64,000 nt of DNA from Candidatus Thioglobus sp. GTDB taxonomy: Bacteria; Pseudomonadota; Gammaproteobacteria; PS1; Pseudothioglobaceae. How positions within the stretch are numbered: position 1 is the first letter of the stretch; each line of letters opens with the position of its first letter. A program made the translations under genes and the position numbers. The stretch spans positions 14,079 through 78,078 of the forward strand of contig JAPYSK010000001.1 of the NCBI GenBank assembly GCA_029936515.1, read 5' to 3'. This document shows positions 9,187 to 19,666 of the stretch, piece by piece. The notes beneath the pieces are model-generated. The model was not told the origin of the DNA. It made no database searches and saw only the letters and a program-made list of their open reading frames with translations.

Positions 9187-9380
9187 TCATTTTCCTCAAT
9201 CCATGCCATTTGTATAGCCTCTAAAACTCTTTCACCGCATTGACTATTGCCTTCTTCAAAATCATCAAGGCTCATTACAAGTTGACGTAGATCAACAAAA
9301 TTTATAGTTTTAGGGTTAATGCTTGGATGACTTTCTTCGAGTGAAATGGCTATTTCTAGAGAATCGGTCCAACAAATCAT
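9183..9380 (-). CDS. iscX: Fe-S cluster assembly protein IscX (YfhJ)
   Basis: 65 aa acidic protein WTDSLEIA...PKTINFVDL...DF...GERVLEAIQMAWIEE, matching the IscX pattern; ATGA overlap with tolB. Confidence 0.85.
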   Translation of the reverse strand: MICWTDSLEIAISLEESHPSINPKTINFVDLRQLVMSLDDFEEGNSQCGERVLEAIQMAWIEENE

Positions 9381-9455
9381 GATGCGATAGGGACAATAAT
9401 TAATAAAAATGTAATTTTAATCAATTCGGTTGCTTGCTTTACACATTTTTTAATA

Positions 9456-11561
9456 TTAAATCCTTTCTGCAGAAATAAGGTGAGGTAATTTATTCAGCTG
9501 ATCTAATACATTGTTAAGTTGAATGATATTAGTTATGACTACAGTAATATGAAATAGTCTTGTAGAGTCTGGCTTTTCTTGTTGCTCGATATTTTCAATA
9601 TTGACCCCAAGGTTAGCCAGCGTATTTGCAATAGCAGCCAATCTCCCGCTTCGATTTTCTATCAGACAGCTGATACCAACTTCAAAGAGTTCATTTTCAT
9701 CAGATTTCCAATCAATTTCCATCCATTGGGCATTCTTTTCTTTGATGTGCTCTAAGTTTGAACAATTTGAGCGGTGCATTACCAAGCCTTTTGTGGTTGT
9801 TAAAACGCCAGTAACTTGATCGCCAGGAATTGGATAGCAACAATGAGCAAAGTTAATTGCCATTCCTTTTGTTTTATTTATTGTTATTGTGTTTATTGTT
9901 TCATTATTTATATCTTTTAAAAGATTATTAACTACAGCTGCAACAAATATTTCTGATAACCCAACTTTAATGTATAGCTCTTGATAGTTTGCACAATGAA
10001 GGTCACTTAAACACTTCTCCCATTTATCTTTTGGAACATCGTTAATTTTAATTTTTTGATAATTCAAAGCATCAGAAATTAAATGCTTGCCAAGTTTTGC
10101 TAGTTCAGTTTTGGAGTTTTCTTTTAGATGTGCTTTAATTGCACTTTTAGCTTTAGAGGTGACTACAATGTCCAGCCAACTTGGCTGAGGTTTTACAAAT
10201 CGACTTGTAATTATTTCTACAGTTTGACCGGACTTGAGCTGTGTTGAAAGTTCAGCCTCAATTCCGTTGATTGTTGCCTTTTGGGATCTTTTACCCACAC
10301 TTGTATGCACTGCATAAGAAAAATCAAGTACAGTCGCTCTTAAAGGGAGAGGAATTATTTTTCCCTCAGGAGTAAATACAAATACCTCCTCTGAGAATAA
10401 ATCAGCCTTGGTACTCTCTAGGAAGTCAATAGATGAGTCTGAACTTTGTTGAATATCTAATAAAGATCCAAGCCAATTTCGAGCTAACTTTTCAGTTGGT
10501 TTATCAGTATTTTTATAATACCAATGTGCAGCGATACCATACTCAGAAATAAAATTCATTTCTTGTGAACGGATTTGGACCTCCATAAACATTTTTCTTG
10601 GTCCTATTAACACTGTATGGATAGATTGGTAGCCATTTGATTTAGGTGCTGCAATGTAATCTTTAAACTTTAGAGGTAAAGGCTTATATAGGCTATGAAT
10701 ATGACCCATTGCTTGATAGCAAGCATTGGTATTATCAACAATTATTCTAAAGGCATGCATATCAAGTATTTCAGAGAATTTTCTAGATTTAAGTTTCATC
10801 TTGTTATAAACACTACTTGGCTGCTTTTGACGTCCTTCAACAGTAGCATTAATTCCTTCAAATTTCAATCTTTTTTCGATTTCAGTTTGAATGCGAGAGA
10901 TTGCTTTCTTTTGGTTTCCATACTGCTTACTAATTTTTCTTTTAAGTATTAAGTGTTTTCTAGGATGTAGTGTTTTAAAACACAAATCATCTAGCTCTAC
11001 TCTTATACTATGTAATCCAAGGCGCCTTGCTATTGGAGCATGAATTTCATAAGTTTCTTTTGCTTTTTGTATTTGTTTTTCATCACTCATAGATTCTATA
11101 GTGCGCATATTATGAAGCCTGTCAGCAAGCTTGATAACCATTACCCTCATATCTTTTGACATTGCAAAAACAAGCTTTTGAAAATTTTTTGCCTGTTTTT
11201 GAGAACTTGAATTGAATTCTAAGTGTGTTAATTTAGAAACGCCCTCAACAATATGCGCAACTTGACTTCCAAATTCCTTTTCAACATCATCTTTAGTTAT
11301 GGATGTATCTTCAATACAATCATGAAGTATTGCAGCAACAATACAGTAATAATCTAACTTTAATTCTGCAAGAATTAAAGCGACAGCTAATGGGTGATAA
11401 ATATAGGATTCACCAGAGCGCCTAAACTGACCAGAATGAGCTTTTTCAGCAAGCTTATATGCTTTTTGAACGAGACTAATTTCATCGTTAGAGAGATATG
11501 TCTCTAAAACAACGCATAAGTCTGTAATTTGCAATTTTTTATTAAAGAAAGAACTCGCCAT
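9456..11561 (-). CDS. spoT: Bifunctional (p)ppGpp synthetase/hydrolase SpoT
   Basis: HD motif ILHDCIEDT, KLADRLHNMRT, KSNGYQSIHT, EVQIRS, TGS (DFSYAVHT) and C-terminal ACT domains. Confidence 0.95.
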   Translation of the reverse strand: MASSFFNKKLQITDLCVVLETYLSNDEISLVQKAYKLAEKAHSGQFRRSGESYIYHPLAVALILAELKLDYYCIVAAILHDCIEDTSITKDDVEKEFGSQVAHIVEGVSKLTHLEFNSSSQKQAKNFQKLVFAMSKDMRVMVIKLADRLHNMRTIESMSDEKQIQKAKETYEIHAPIARRLGLHSIRVELDDLCFKTLHPRKHLILKRKISKQYGNQKKAISRIQTEIEKRLKFEGINATVEGRQKQPSSVYNKMKLKSRKFSEILDMHAFRIIVDNTNACYQAMGHIHSLYKPLPLKFKDYIAAPKSNGYQSIHTVLIGPRKMFMEVQIRSQEMNFISEYGIAAHWYYKNTDKPTEKLARNWLGSLLDIQQSSDSSIDFLESTKADLFSEEVFVFTPEGKIIPLPLRATVLDFSYAVHTSVGKRSQKATINGIEAELSTQLKSGQTVEIITSRFVKPQPSWLDIVVTSKAKSAIKAHLKENSKTELAKLGKHLISDALNYQKIKINDVPKDKWEKCLSDLHCANYQELYIKVGLSEIFVAAVVNNLLKDINNETINTITINKTKGMAINFAHCCYPIPGDQVTGVLTTTKGLVMHRSNCSNLEHIKEKNAQWMEIDWKSDENELFEVGISCLIENRSGRLAAIANTLANLGVNIENIEQQEKPDSTRLFHITVVITNIIQLNNVLDQLNKLPHLISAERI

Positions 11562-11696
11562 TTGGTTATTAAATTATTTCAAGTCTTATAATTATAAGCA
11601 TGTTGCTATTAAGACAAAGTTCTTTATACAAAGGTTTCCATTGTTAAAACTCCTAAGTATAATTATCTTCCATAATTATTAACAAGATATCTCTGT

Positions 11697-12467
11697 ATGT
11701 ATAAGCCACTTATATTAATTTTTTCATTAATAGTATTATTGAGTGGCTGCTCCCCATTTGGCTCAGATAAAGACGTCCGAAAGCCTATTGGAGATGGGCT
11801 TTCACCAAAAGCTTTGTATGAGCTAGCAGAAGATAAAATTGATGCAGGCTCTATAGATCAAGCTATCGAACAATTTGAAGTCATAATATCTGCTTACCCA
11901 TCTTCAAAATACGCCTTGCAAGCAAGATTAGATATTGCATATAACCTCTATAAACGCAAAAAACATAATCGAGCAATACTCCAATTGGATGACTTTATAG
12001 AAATGTATCCTGATCTTGAGTCAACTCCATATGCATATTATCTGAGAGGAGTAATTGCAGAAGATAAATCTACATCTATCCTTGATGATATTATTACTGA
12101 GAGTGCCCAAAGGGATGTTCAAAGTGTTCGTGATGCTTACGATTACTTCTCCATATTGATAGAGAAATTTCCGAATTCAAAATACTCAGAAGAAGCAAAA
12201 GAAAAGCTCTTTATATTTAAAAATACCATTGCTAAACATGAATTCTATATCGCATTATATTACACAAATAATGGTTCTCATATAGCTGCTATTAATCGCT
12301 CAAAATATATTATTGAAAACTTTCCTAATAGTTCCTCTATTGCCGATAGCCTTCACTTGATGGCTTACAATTATGATGCTATTAATGCAGAACAATTAGC
12401 TGCTGATGTAAAAATTATCCTTATATCTAGTTTTCCTAACTACTCTCCTAATTACACAATAGATTAG
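11697..12467 (+). CDS. bamD: Outer membrane protein assembly factor BamD
   Basis: Lipobox LSGC; TPRs YPSSKYALQARLDIAY, YAYYLRG, FPNSKYSEEA, IAKHEFYIALYY, AAINRSKYII. Confidence 0.9.
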   Translation: MYKPLILIFSLIVLLSGCSPFGSDKDVRKPIGDGLSPKALYELAEDKIDAGSIDQAIEQFEVIISAYPSSKYALQARLDIAYNLYKRKKHNRAILQLDDFIEMYPDLESTPYAYYLRGVIAEDKSTSILDDIITESAQRDVQSVRDAYDYFSILIEKFPNSKYSEEAKEKLFIFKNTIAKHEFYIALYYTNNGSHIAAINRSKYIIENFPNSSSIADSLHLMAYNYDAINAEQLAADVKIILISSFPNYSPNYTID

Positions 12468-12488
12468 TAGATAAAGCATAACTCAGCC

Positions 12489-13655
12489 ATGAACTCATCT
12501 GAAAGATTTTTTGCCTTTAAGGTTTCCTTAATAATGGCAGTTAGAATGCTGGGCTTATTTATGCTTTTCCCAGTAATGAGTGTATATGCTAATGAATATG
12601 ACAACTCTACACCATTTTTGATTGGCTTAGCAATTGGTATATATGGCCTAACTCAAGCGATCTTTCAAATTCCTTTTGGCTACCTTTCAGATAGATATGG
12701 ACGCAAGCCGTTATTAATTTTAGGATTAATAATTTTCTTTATTGGGAGTTTGATAGCTGCCAATACTTCAAATATTTTATTTGTTGTTATTGGTAGGGCT
12801 TTTCAGGGTGGTGGTGCTATTTCTGCTGTATTAATGGCATTTTTAGCTGATTCTATCTCTGAAGATAATAGAGCAAAAGCAAACGCTTTTGTCGGATTTC
12901 AAATTGGAGTTGCTTTCATGTTATCTTTAATAATTGGTCCAATAATAACTTCAAGGATTGGACTAGAGGGGCTTTTCTGGATTATCGCTCTTCTTTCAGT
13001 TATTGCTATGCTTATAGTCTTTACTCTTCCCAATTCAAAGACAATCAGTTATTACCGCCTATCTTTTGATGCATTCAAGGAAGTTTTAAATGGGCAACTA
13101 TTGCGATTAGATTTTAGTATTTTTTCTCTTCATTTGATTCTTTCAAGTGGTTTTATAGTAATGCCTTTATTGATAATGGATAATCAAATTATCACTATGA
13201 TTGATAATTGGCAACTATACCTTCCAGCGGTACTTCTTTCATTCTTAGGTATGTTGCCTTTAATTATTATTTCTGAAAAGTTTAAAAAAATAAAATTAAT
13301 TTTATTGTTCAGTATAAGTCTTTTAATTAGTAGTCAGGTTTTGTTTTATTCTCTAGAATTAAGTTTTTCAGTTTTTCTATTTATATTAACGGTTTTCTTT
13401 ATTGCCTTTAACACAATTGAAGCAATACTTCCTTCACTTTTATCTAAAACTGCAAGCACTTCAAAGCGTGGTCTTGCGATGGGTGTTTTCTCTACCTCTC
13501 AGTTTTTAGGAACTTTTTTTGGTGGAGTAATTGGAGGCCTTATTTATAACATTTACGACTTAAATAGTGTATTCTTATTCACCATATTTGTAGCAATTAT
13601 TTGGTGGTTTTTGATACTTACTTTACCACTTAAAACGATAACATTAGAGGAGTAA
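12489..13655 (+). CDS. MFS transporter (YajR-like)
   Basis: RMLGLFMLFPV, GLTQAIFQIPFGYLSDRYGRKP (motif A), GRAFQGGGAISAV; upstream of ssb. Confidence 0.85.
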   Translation: MNSSERFFAFKVSLIMAVRMLGLFMLFPVMSVYANEYDNSTPFLIGLAIGIYGLTQAIFQIPFGYLSDRYGRKPLLILGLIIFFIGSLIAANTSNILFVVIGRAFQGGGAISAVLMAFLADSISEDNRAKANAFVGFQIGVAFMLSLIIGPIITSRIGLEGLFWIIALLSVIAMLIVFTLPNSKTISYYRLSFDAFKEVLNGQLLRLDFSIFSLHLILSSGFIVMPLLIMDNQIITMIDNWQLYLPAVLLSFLGMLPLIIISEKFKKIKLILLFSISLLISSQVLFYSLELSFSVFLFILTVFFIAFNTIEAILPSLLSKTASTSKRGLAMGVFSTSQFLGTFFGGVIGGLIYNIYDLNSVFLFTIFVAIIWWFLILTLPLKTITLEE

Positions 13656-13658
13656 AAA

Positions 13659-14120
13659 ATGGCGGGCATAAATAAAGTTATACTTGTTGGAAATCTTGGT
13701 GCAAAGCCGGAAGTTAAGTATGCCTCAAATGGCAATGCAATTAGTAATTTATCTGTTGCTACTAGTGAATCATGGACCGATAAAAGTACCGGTCAAAAAC
13801 AAGAAAAAACTGAGTGGCATCGAGTTAGTTTATTTGGCAAGATTGCAGAGATTGCTGGACAATATTTAGATAAAGGTTCAAAAGTTTACGTAGAAGGAAA
13901 ATTGCAGACACGAAAATGGCAAGATCAGAGTGGCCAAGACCGTTACACTACTGAAGTTATTGTTAGTGGTTTTAATGGTACTTTACAGATGTTGGACCGT
14001 CGTGATGGCGTAAATTCTGAAGCGCCAACGCAATCGACACGTCCCCCTGAGAGTAGTCAATCAGCTCCAAAAATAACACCTGTAGCTCAAGATGAATTTG
14101 AGGATGATATACCTTTCTAA
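13659..14120 (+). CDS. ssb: Single-stranded DNA-binding protein
   Basis: [31 protein letters not shown]-terminal DDIPF. Confidence 0.97.
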   Translation: MAGINKVILVGNLGAKPEVKYASNGNAISNLSVATSESWTDKSTGQKQEKTEWHRVSLFGKIAEIAGQYLDKGSKVYVEGKLQTRKWQDQSGQDRYTTEVIVSGFNGTLQMLDRRDGVNSEAPTQSTRPPESSQSAPKITPVAQDEFEDDIPF

Positions 14121-14123
14121 ATT

Positions 14124-14513
14124 TTAATCTTTACTACTAGTCTCTAAAATAACAAATGCAACTGCATTTTGACTTTCGTCAGATATACTCAAATGCGCTT
14201 GTTTGATTCCTTTTTCTAATAAATAGAGTCTTAATTTTTCACTAGGTATAAAGTGTGGCTTACCATTCTCATTGTTCCTAACCGTTAGGTCTTGAAAACT
14301 AACAACTTTACCAATACCAGTTCCTAAAGCCTTTGAAAAGGCTTCTTTAGCGGCAAACCGTTTGGCGCAAAAAGCCGCGCTATCAGCCTTATTAGCAAAC
14401 AACGCTTGCTCATGCTCTGTTAAAACTCTTTTAATGAAGCCTTCTCTATTTTTTAATATGATTTTCTGAATGCGATCAATATTTACAATATCTGTTCCAA
14501 CGCCATAAATCAT
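14124..14513 (-). CDS. acpS: Holo-ACP synthase
   Basis: [31 protein letters not shown]. Confidence 0.96.
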   Translation of the reverse strand: MIYGVGTDIVNIDRIQKIILKNREGFIKRVLTEHEQALFANKADSAAFCAKRFAAKEAFSKALGTGIGKVVSFQDLTVRNNENGKPHFIPSEKLRLYLLEKGIKQAHLSISDESQNAVAFVILETSSKD

Positions 14514-15241
14514 AAGCCTCTCGCTTTTAATATCAATGCTTTCATTTCAGAAGTTGCAAGAGCAAGCCCAACAAAAAGAGCTCTAGAAATAATAGAATGA
14601 CCTATATTTAATTCTACAATTGAGTCAATTTTTGCTATAGCACTAGTATTTTCAAGAGTTAGGCCATGACCTGCATTTACTTGAATACCCAAACTATGTG
14701 CATATTCACAAGCTTCTATTATCTTTTTAAGCTCTAACTCAGTATTCTTTTGATTGGTAGCATTAGCGTAATGACCTGTGTGGATTTCAATTATAGGTGC
14801 TTGACATTCTGCTACAGCATCAATCTGTCTCCTGTCTGCATCAATAAAAAGAGAAGCTTTAATACTATTAGATTGGAGCTGGTCACATACATCTTTCATT
14901 CGTGATAACTGGGATGCAACATCTAAACCCCCTTCGGTTGTAAGTTCCTGGCGCTTTTCTGGCACCAAACAACAATCTTCGGGGGAAATTTCAGAGGCAA
15001 TCTTGAGCATCTCATCGGTTGCAGCCATCTCCAGATTCATTTTAGTTTTAAGTTTTGATTTTAAATCCTCTAGATCTCTATCTTGAATATGACGTCTATC
15101 CTCTCTTAAGTGCAAAGTAATGCTATCAGCTCCAGAATCTTCACAGATTCGAGCCGCCTCTATTAGGCTAGGATATTTCGTGCCTCTTACTTGTCTTAAT
15201 GTAGCAATATGATCTATATTAACACCCAAAAAAATACTCAT
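14510..15241 (-). CDS. pdxJ: Pyridoxine 5'-phosphate synthase
   Basis: [58 protein letters not shown]. Confidence 0.97.
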   Translation of the reverse strand: MSIFLGVNIDHIATLRQVRGTKYPSLIEAARICEDSGADSITLHLREDRRHIQDRDLEDLKSKLKTKMNLEMAATDEMLKIASEISPEDCCLVPEKRQELTTEGGLDVASQLSRMKDVCDQLQSNSIKASLFIDADRRQIDAVAECQAPIIEIHTGHYANATNQKNTELELKKIIEACEYAHSLGIQVNAGHGLTLENTSAIAKIDSIVELNIGHSIISRALFVGLALATSEMKALILKARGL

Positions 15242-15250
15242 AATTTACCC

Positions 15251-15937
15251 TTAATTTACAAAAAATAATTCTCTACTTTTAAGTGGTTTTTCACCCAAAA
15301 GCAATTTTAGCCTCTTTCGGTTCAATATTTTTAAGATAGACAATTGCTCAGTACTAGGACAATTCTCATTTGCATTGGCAATATTTAAAAGAATGTCACC
15401 GAATATTTTACCATCAGCATTAGCAAAAAATCCCTGGTGATCACGAAATTCATAATTGATACTAGAGTTAATAGGGTTGCCTTCATAGTCTGCACTAAAA
15501 TCTAGACCATAGCCGAGCTCTTGTAGAAGTTGATTTTCAAACAATCTAAGAGAATATTCTTTTTCAGAGCCTGATTGCTTATTAATTTGCTTAATATAGC
15601 TCCAATATGAGTCAAATAACGCTTTATATTCATCATCCTGAGGTAAGAGTCTAGAAAGGAGTTCATTGGCATAAATAGCAATTATAAGGTCATCGCCCAT
15701 TAGTCGACGAGGCTCATCATTAGACTCCCATTGAGTAAGGCTTTTTAAATCACCTTTGCCAGTATAAGAAATTTTTAAGCACTGGAACATTTGGAGCGAT
15801 GTTTTTTTACTTCTTGCACCACGAGCTATTAAGCGAATCTTACCGTAATGCTCAGTAAAAAAGTCTAGCAGAAGAGAGTTGCCTTGGTACATTCTTCGAT
15901 GGATTAAAAAAGCTGGCGTATTCTCTATTCTAGTCAT
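15251..15937 (-). CDS. recO: DNA repair protein RecO
   Basis: SLLLDFFTEHYGKIRLIARGARS, LRLFENQLLQELGYG, LKSRELF; era-recO-pdxJ synteny. Confidence 0.9.
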   Translation of the reverse strand: MTRIENTPAFLIHRRMYQGNSLLLDFFTEHYGKIRLIARGARSKKTSLQMFQCLKISYTGKGDLKSLTQWESNDEPRRLMGDDLIIAIYANELLSRLLPQDDEYKALFDSYWSYIKQINKQSGSEKEYSLRLFENQLLQELGYGLDFSADYEGNPINSSINYEFRDHQGFFANADGKIFGDILLNIANANENCPSTEQLSILKILNRKRLKLLLGEKPLKSRELFFVN

Positions 15938-16814
15938 AGCCTAAGGAAGCTAGAGCTCTTTTATCATCAGACCAGCCCTGCCTAACCTTTACCCATAATT
16001 CCAAGAAAACTTTTTTTTCTAAAAAGCCTTCAATACTTATTCGGGACTCCTGTCCAATTTTTTTAAGCATCTTCCCTTTGCTGCCAATTACGATGCTTTT
16101 TTGTGAAGGTTTATCAACAAAAATTCTTGCAGCTATTCTATACATTTGACCGTCTAAATCAAACTTTTCGATTTCCACTGTTATATCATAAGGAAGCTCG
16201 TTGGAAAGGTTTCGCATTAATTTTTCTCGAATAAATTCTGATACAACAAACTTTTGAGAGCGATCAGTTATGTAATCAGAGTCAAAGAGAGCTTTCTGCT
16301 GAGGAAGATACTTAAGGATTAACCTCCTTAATTCTTTTGTATCACTTCGATTGAATGCCGATAAAGGAAAAACCTCATTAGCTTTAAACTTATCACCTAT
16401 TGTTTCTAGATAAGGAAGTACTTGATCTTTTGAATTTAGTTTGTCGACTTTATTTACACAGAGAATTACTGGGATTTCAATTTTATTTAAATGCTCTAAA
16501 ACGCGCCCATCTTCTTTTGTCCACTTAAACACTTCAACAAGCCAAATAATCATATCTACATCCGCAAAGCTTGAGCTAGCGGCTTTATTCATATACGAAT
16601 TAATTGCTTTTTTGTTGCCAATATGTATGCCAGGCGTGTCAATAAAAATCATTTGGTAGTTTGATTGAGTGTCTATTGCATTAATTCGGTGCCTTGTAGT
16701 TTGAGGTCTATGAGAAGTAATTGAGAGCTTTTGTCCGATCAGTTCGTTTATGAGCGTTGATTTGCCTACGTTAGGTCGCCCTACTACTGCAATAAATCCT
16801 GATTGAAAGCTCAT
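15930..16814 (-). CDS. era: GTPase Era
   Basis: GRPNVGKST, PQTTR, DTPG, NKVD and a KH domain; start set to ATG 16814. Confidence 0.96.
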   Translation of the reverse strand: MSFQSGFIAVVGRPNVGKSTLINELIGQKLSITSHRPQTTRHRINAIDTQSNYQMIFIDTPGIHIGNKKAINSYMNKAASSSFADVDMIIWLVEVFKWTKEDGRVLEHLNKIEIPVILCVNKVDKLNSKDQVLPYLETIGDKFKANEVFPLSAFNRSDTKELRRLILKYLPQQKALFDSDYITDRSQKFVVSEFIREKLMRNLSNELPYDITVEIEKFDLDGQMYRIAARIFVDKPSQKSIVIGSKGKMLKKIGQESRISIEGFLEKKVFLELWVKVRQGWSDDKRALASLGYD

Positions 16815-17476
16815 AAAGAGGAAAGACTCCCAAGAATTGATTCGGCACAAGCCTGCTCAGCCCTTTTGATGCTTTTTGCATTTTCCTCTACGGTAAGGTT
16901 AAATTCTTTAATATGGCAGCTTACGTAAAAAACTGCATTGTGATCTTGTCCTTTTGTTTTGATTAGCTCATACATAGGAAGAGAGCGCCCTTTTTTTTGT
17001 AATAGCTCTTGGAGTTGAGTTTTGAAATCCTTTAATGAGTCATCTGGACTAGCTTCATTTAATAGTCCATCATAAAGTTTTAAAATAACAGCGCTAACAG
17101 TTAAATAATCAGAATCAAGAAATATTGCGCCCAAGATTGCCTCAAAGGCATCTGCCTGGATCGATTCACGTCTGAATCCGCCACTTTTAAGCTCTCCCTG
17201 TCCCAATACAAGGTTTTCAGATAGATTAAGGGTTTTTGCCAGTTTAGCCAAGGTTTGACCTCTGACTAAAGATGAGCGAAGTCTTGATAGTTGACCTTCA
17301 TCAACCAAGGGAAATCGAAGATAAAGCTCATGAGAAATAACGCAGCCAAGGATACTGTCACCAAGAAACTCTAGTCTTTCATTGTTATTTTTGTTAACGC
17401 TTCGATGGGTTAATGCCTGCTTTAGAAGTGCAGCATCACTGAAATGATAATCAATATTTTTTTGTAGTTTTTCCAT
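16811..17476 (-). CDS. rnc: Ribonuclease III
   Basis: NERLEFLGDS, ADAFEAILGAIFLD, dsRBD DFKTQLQELLQ. Confidence 0.96.
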   Translation of the reverse strand: MEKLQKNIDYHFSDAALLKQALTHRSVNKNNNERLEFLGDSILGCVISHELYLRFPLVDEGQLSRLRSSLVRGQTLAKLAKTLNLSENLVLGQGELKSGGFRRESIQADAFEAILGAIFLDSDYLTVSAVILKLYDGLLNEASPDDSLKDFKTQLQELLQKKGRSLPMYELIKTKGQDHNAVFYVSCHIKEFNLTVEENAKSIKRAEQACAESILGSLSSL

Positions 17477-17482
17477 AAGAAG

Positions 17483-18277
17483 CTAAATAGCTACTGGCGC
17501 CTTAATTGGGGCGTCATGAATGTAATTATCAAACTCAAAGTCTTCATATTCATAATCAAAAATGGTATTTGGCCTTCTCTTGATAATTAACTTTGGAAGT
17601 GTTTTAGGTGTCCTAGAGAGCTGAGTTTCAACCTGTTCAGAATGATTTGAATAAACATGGCAATCACCGCCACTCCAAACAAAATCACCAATCTCTAAGT
17701 CGCATTGCTGAGCAACCATATGTGTTAATAAGGCATACGAGGCAATATTAAATGGAACGCCTAAAAAAATATCAGCACTTCGTTGATAAAGCAGACACGA
17801 TAACTTGCCGTTTGCGACATAAAACTGAAATAGTGCATGACATGGCGCAAGAGCCATCTTATCGAGTTCACCTACATTCCAGCTCGAAACTATAATTCGC
17901 CTTGAGTCAGGCGAGGTTTTTATCAATCTTACAGCCTCTGTAATTTGATCAATTACTTTGCCGTCATGATTCTTCCATTTTCGCCATTGAGCTCCATATA
18001 CAGGGCCCAAGTCGCCATTCTCATCTGCCCACTCATTCCAAATATTTACCTTGTTGTCTTGTAAATACTTAATGTTAGTGTCACCCTTTAAAAACCATAA
18101 TAATTCATGAATGACTGAAGGAATATGGACTCTCTTAGTTGTCACTAAAGGGAAGCCATCTTTTAGATTAAAGCGCATTTGGTGACCGAAAAGACTTTTC
18201 GTTCCAGTTCCAGTTCTATCAGTCTTTTCTGACCCTGTATCTCTTACAAGCTTTAAAAAATCTAGATACTGCTTCAT
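17483..18277 (-). CDS. thyA: Thymidylate synthase
   Basis: [44 protein letters not shown]. Confidence 0.97.
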   Translation of the reverse strand: MKQYLDFLKLVRDTGSEKTDRTGTGTKSLFGHQMRFNLKDGFPLVTTKRVHIPSVIHELLWFLKGDTNIKYLQDNKVNIWNEWADENGDLGPVYGAQWRKWKNHDGKVIDQITEAVRLIKTSPDSRRIIVSSWNVGELDKMALAPCHALFQFYVANGKLSCLLYQRSADIFLGVPFNIASYALLTHMVAQQCDLEIGDFVWSGGDCHVYSNHSEQVETQLSRTPKTLPKLIIKRRPNTIFDYEYEDFEFDNYIHDAPIKAPVAI

Positions 18278-19062
18278 GAGCGCCCTTTTAAATAATATGA
18301 TTTATAGAACATATATAATCCAACCAAAATCATTGGCAGACTTAATAGCTGTCCCATGGTTATCCAGTCTAAGGCCATATAACCTAAATGAGAATCTGGA
18401 ACTCTAATAAATTCAATTATAAATCTAAAGGTTCCGTAGAAAATCAAAAATAAAGACGATGTTGCCATAACTGGTCGATCTTTTTTACTAAAAATCCATA
18501 ATATAATAAACAAAACAAAGCCCTCCAGAAAAGCCTCATAGAGCTGTGTTGGATATCGATGGCTCCATTGACCACTATGGTCAGGTGCATATAGACCCCA
18601 AGGGCTAGTGGTAATCTTTCCCCAAAGCTCTCCGTTAATGTAATTACCTATTCGACCAAATGCTAATCCTAATGGCACTAATGGAGCGATAAAATCTGTT
18701 GTTTGAAAAAAACTATGATTTGACTTTCTATTAAAAAATAACATAGCAAGCAAGACGCCTATAAAGCCTCCATGAAAAGACATTCCTCCATTTTGGAAAT
18801 TAAAAAAGGTCAAAGGGTTTGACACAAAAATTGAAAAGTTATAAAAAACTAAATAGCCTAGTCTTCCACCTAAAACAGCACCCAATGCGCCATAAAAAAT
18901 TAGATCATCAACTTGTCGAATATTCCAGTTTTGATTTTGTTTTACTCGATATTTAGCAAGAAAATAAGCGACTAAAAAAGCCAACAAATACATAACACCA
19001 TACCAGTAAATCTTCACAAAACCTAAGTCTAAGATTACTGGATCAATTACGACGTATTTCAT
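18274..19062 (-). CDS. lgt: Prolipoprotein diacylglyceryl transferase
   Basis: [42 protein letters not shown]. Confidence 0.96.
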   Translation of the reverse strand: MKYVVIDPVILDLGFVKIYWYGVMYLLAFLVAYFLAKYRVKQNQNWNIRQVDDLIFYGALGAVLGGRLGYLVFYNFSIFVSNPLTFFNFQNGGMSFHGGFIGVLLAMLFFNRKSNHSFFQTTDFIAPLVPLGLAFGRIGNYINGELWGKITTSPWGLYAPDHSGQWSHRYPTQLYEAFLEGFVLFIILWIFSKKDRPVMATSSLFLIFYGTFRFIIEFIRVPDSHLGYMALDWITMGQLLSLPMILVGLYMFYKSYYLKGRS

Positions 19063-19189
19063 AGATTAAATGTAGTCATTAATCAGTAGTTTTTTTAATG
19101 GAAATGTTCTTTTTTTTATCCATATAGAATTATAGGCAATATTAATGTTTCAGTGTATCAAACTGATTGTAGTTTGTTATAAATAGTAA

Positions 19190-19666
19190 TCAAGAGTACT
19201 TAATTAATTTTAGATCTTTTTTTTGATATAAAGGGTGAGCAGGTTGACCAGATTTGTTTATTTTTAAGCACATTAGATTCGGAATTATTTTTTTTACTTC
19301 TTTGTCTCTATTTAAAAGGGATCCTTCATTACCCCAGGCAGCAACAGCTAAATCCACCTTTTTTGAAAGTTCTATAATATGTAGATCATTATCATTGCCG
19401 ATTGGATTTTTTACATTTTTGAGTTCGGTAGGTATTGTTGCCCTATAAGCAAATAGATTGACCATTAGAAGACTTCCATAACCCCAGTTTTGCGCATAGT
19501 TAATACATCTACGTATGGTTGGATCGTCTATCTTTTCATCTGCAGTTGACGGGTTTAAGCCAATAAACAAAACAGTTTTCTTTTTACCATCCCAAATACG
19601 AGAAAGTGCATACCTATATTTCCGACAATCCGAAAAAGTTGCATTTTTATTAACTAAAAGGCCCAT
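19190..19666 (-). CDS. DUF1643 family protein
   Basis: FSDCRKYRYALSRIW, FIGLNPSTAD, DPTIRRC, VNLFAYRAT, VAAWG, PAHPLY. Confidence 0.8.
   Translation of the reverse strand: MGLLVNKNATFSDCRKYRYALSRIWDGKKKTVLFIGLNPSTADEKIDDPTIRRCINYAQNWGYGSLLMVNLFAYRATIPTELKNVKNPIGNDNDLHIIELSKKVDLAVAAWGNEGSLLNRDKEVKKIIPNLMCLKINKSGQPAHPLYQKKDLKLIKYS

Noticed and set aside
9183-9380. rpoZ, expected near spoT
   Set aside because: Sequence matches the IscX pattern, not the omega subunit
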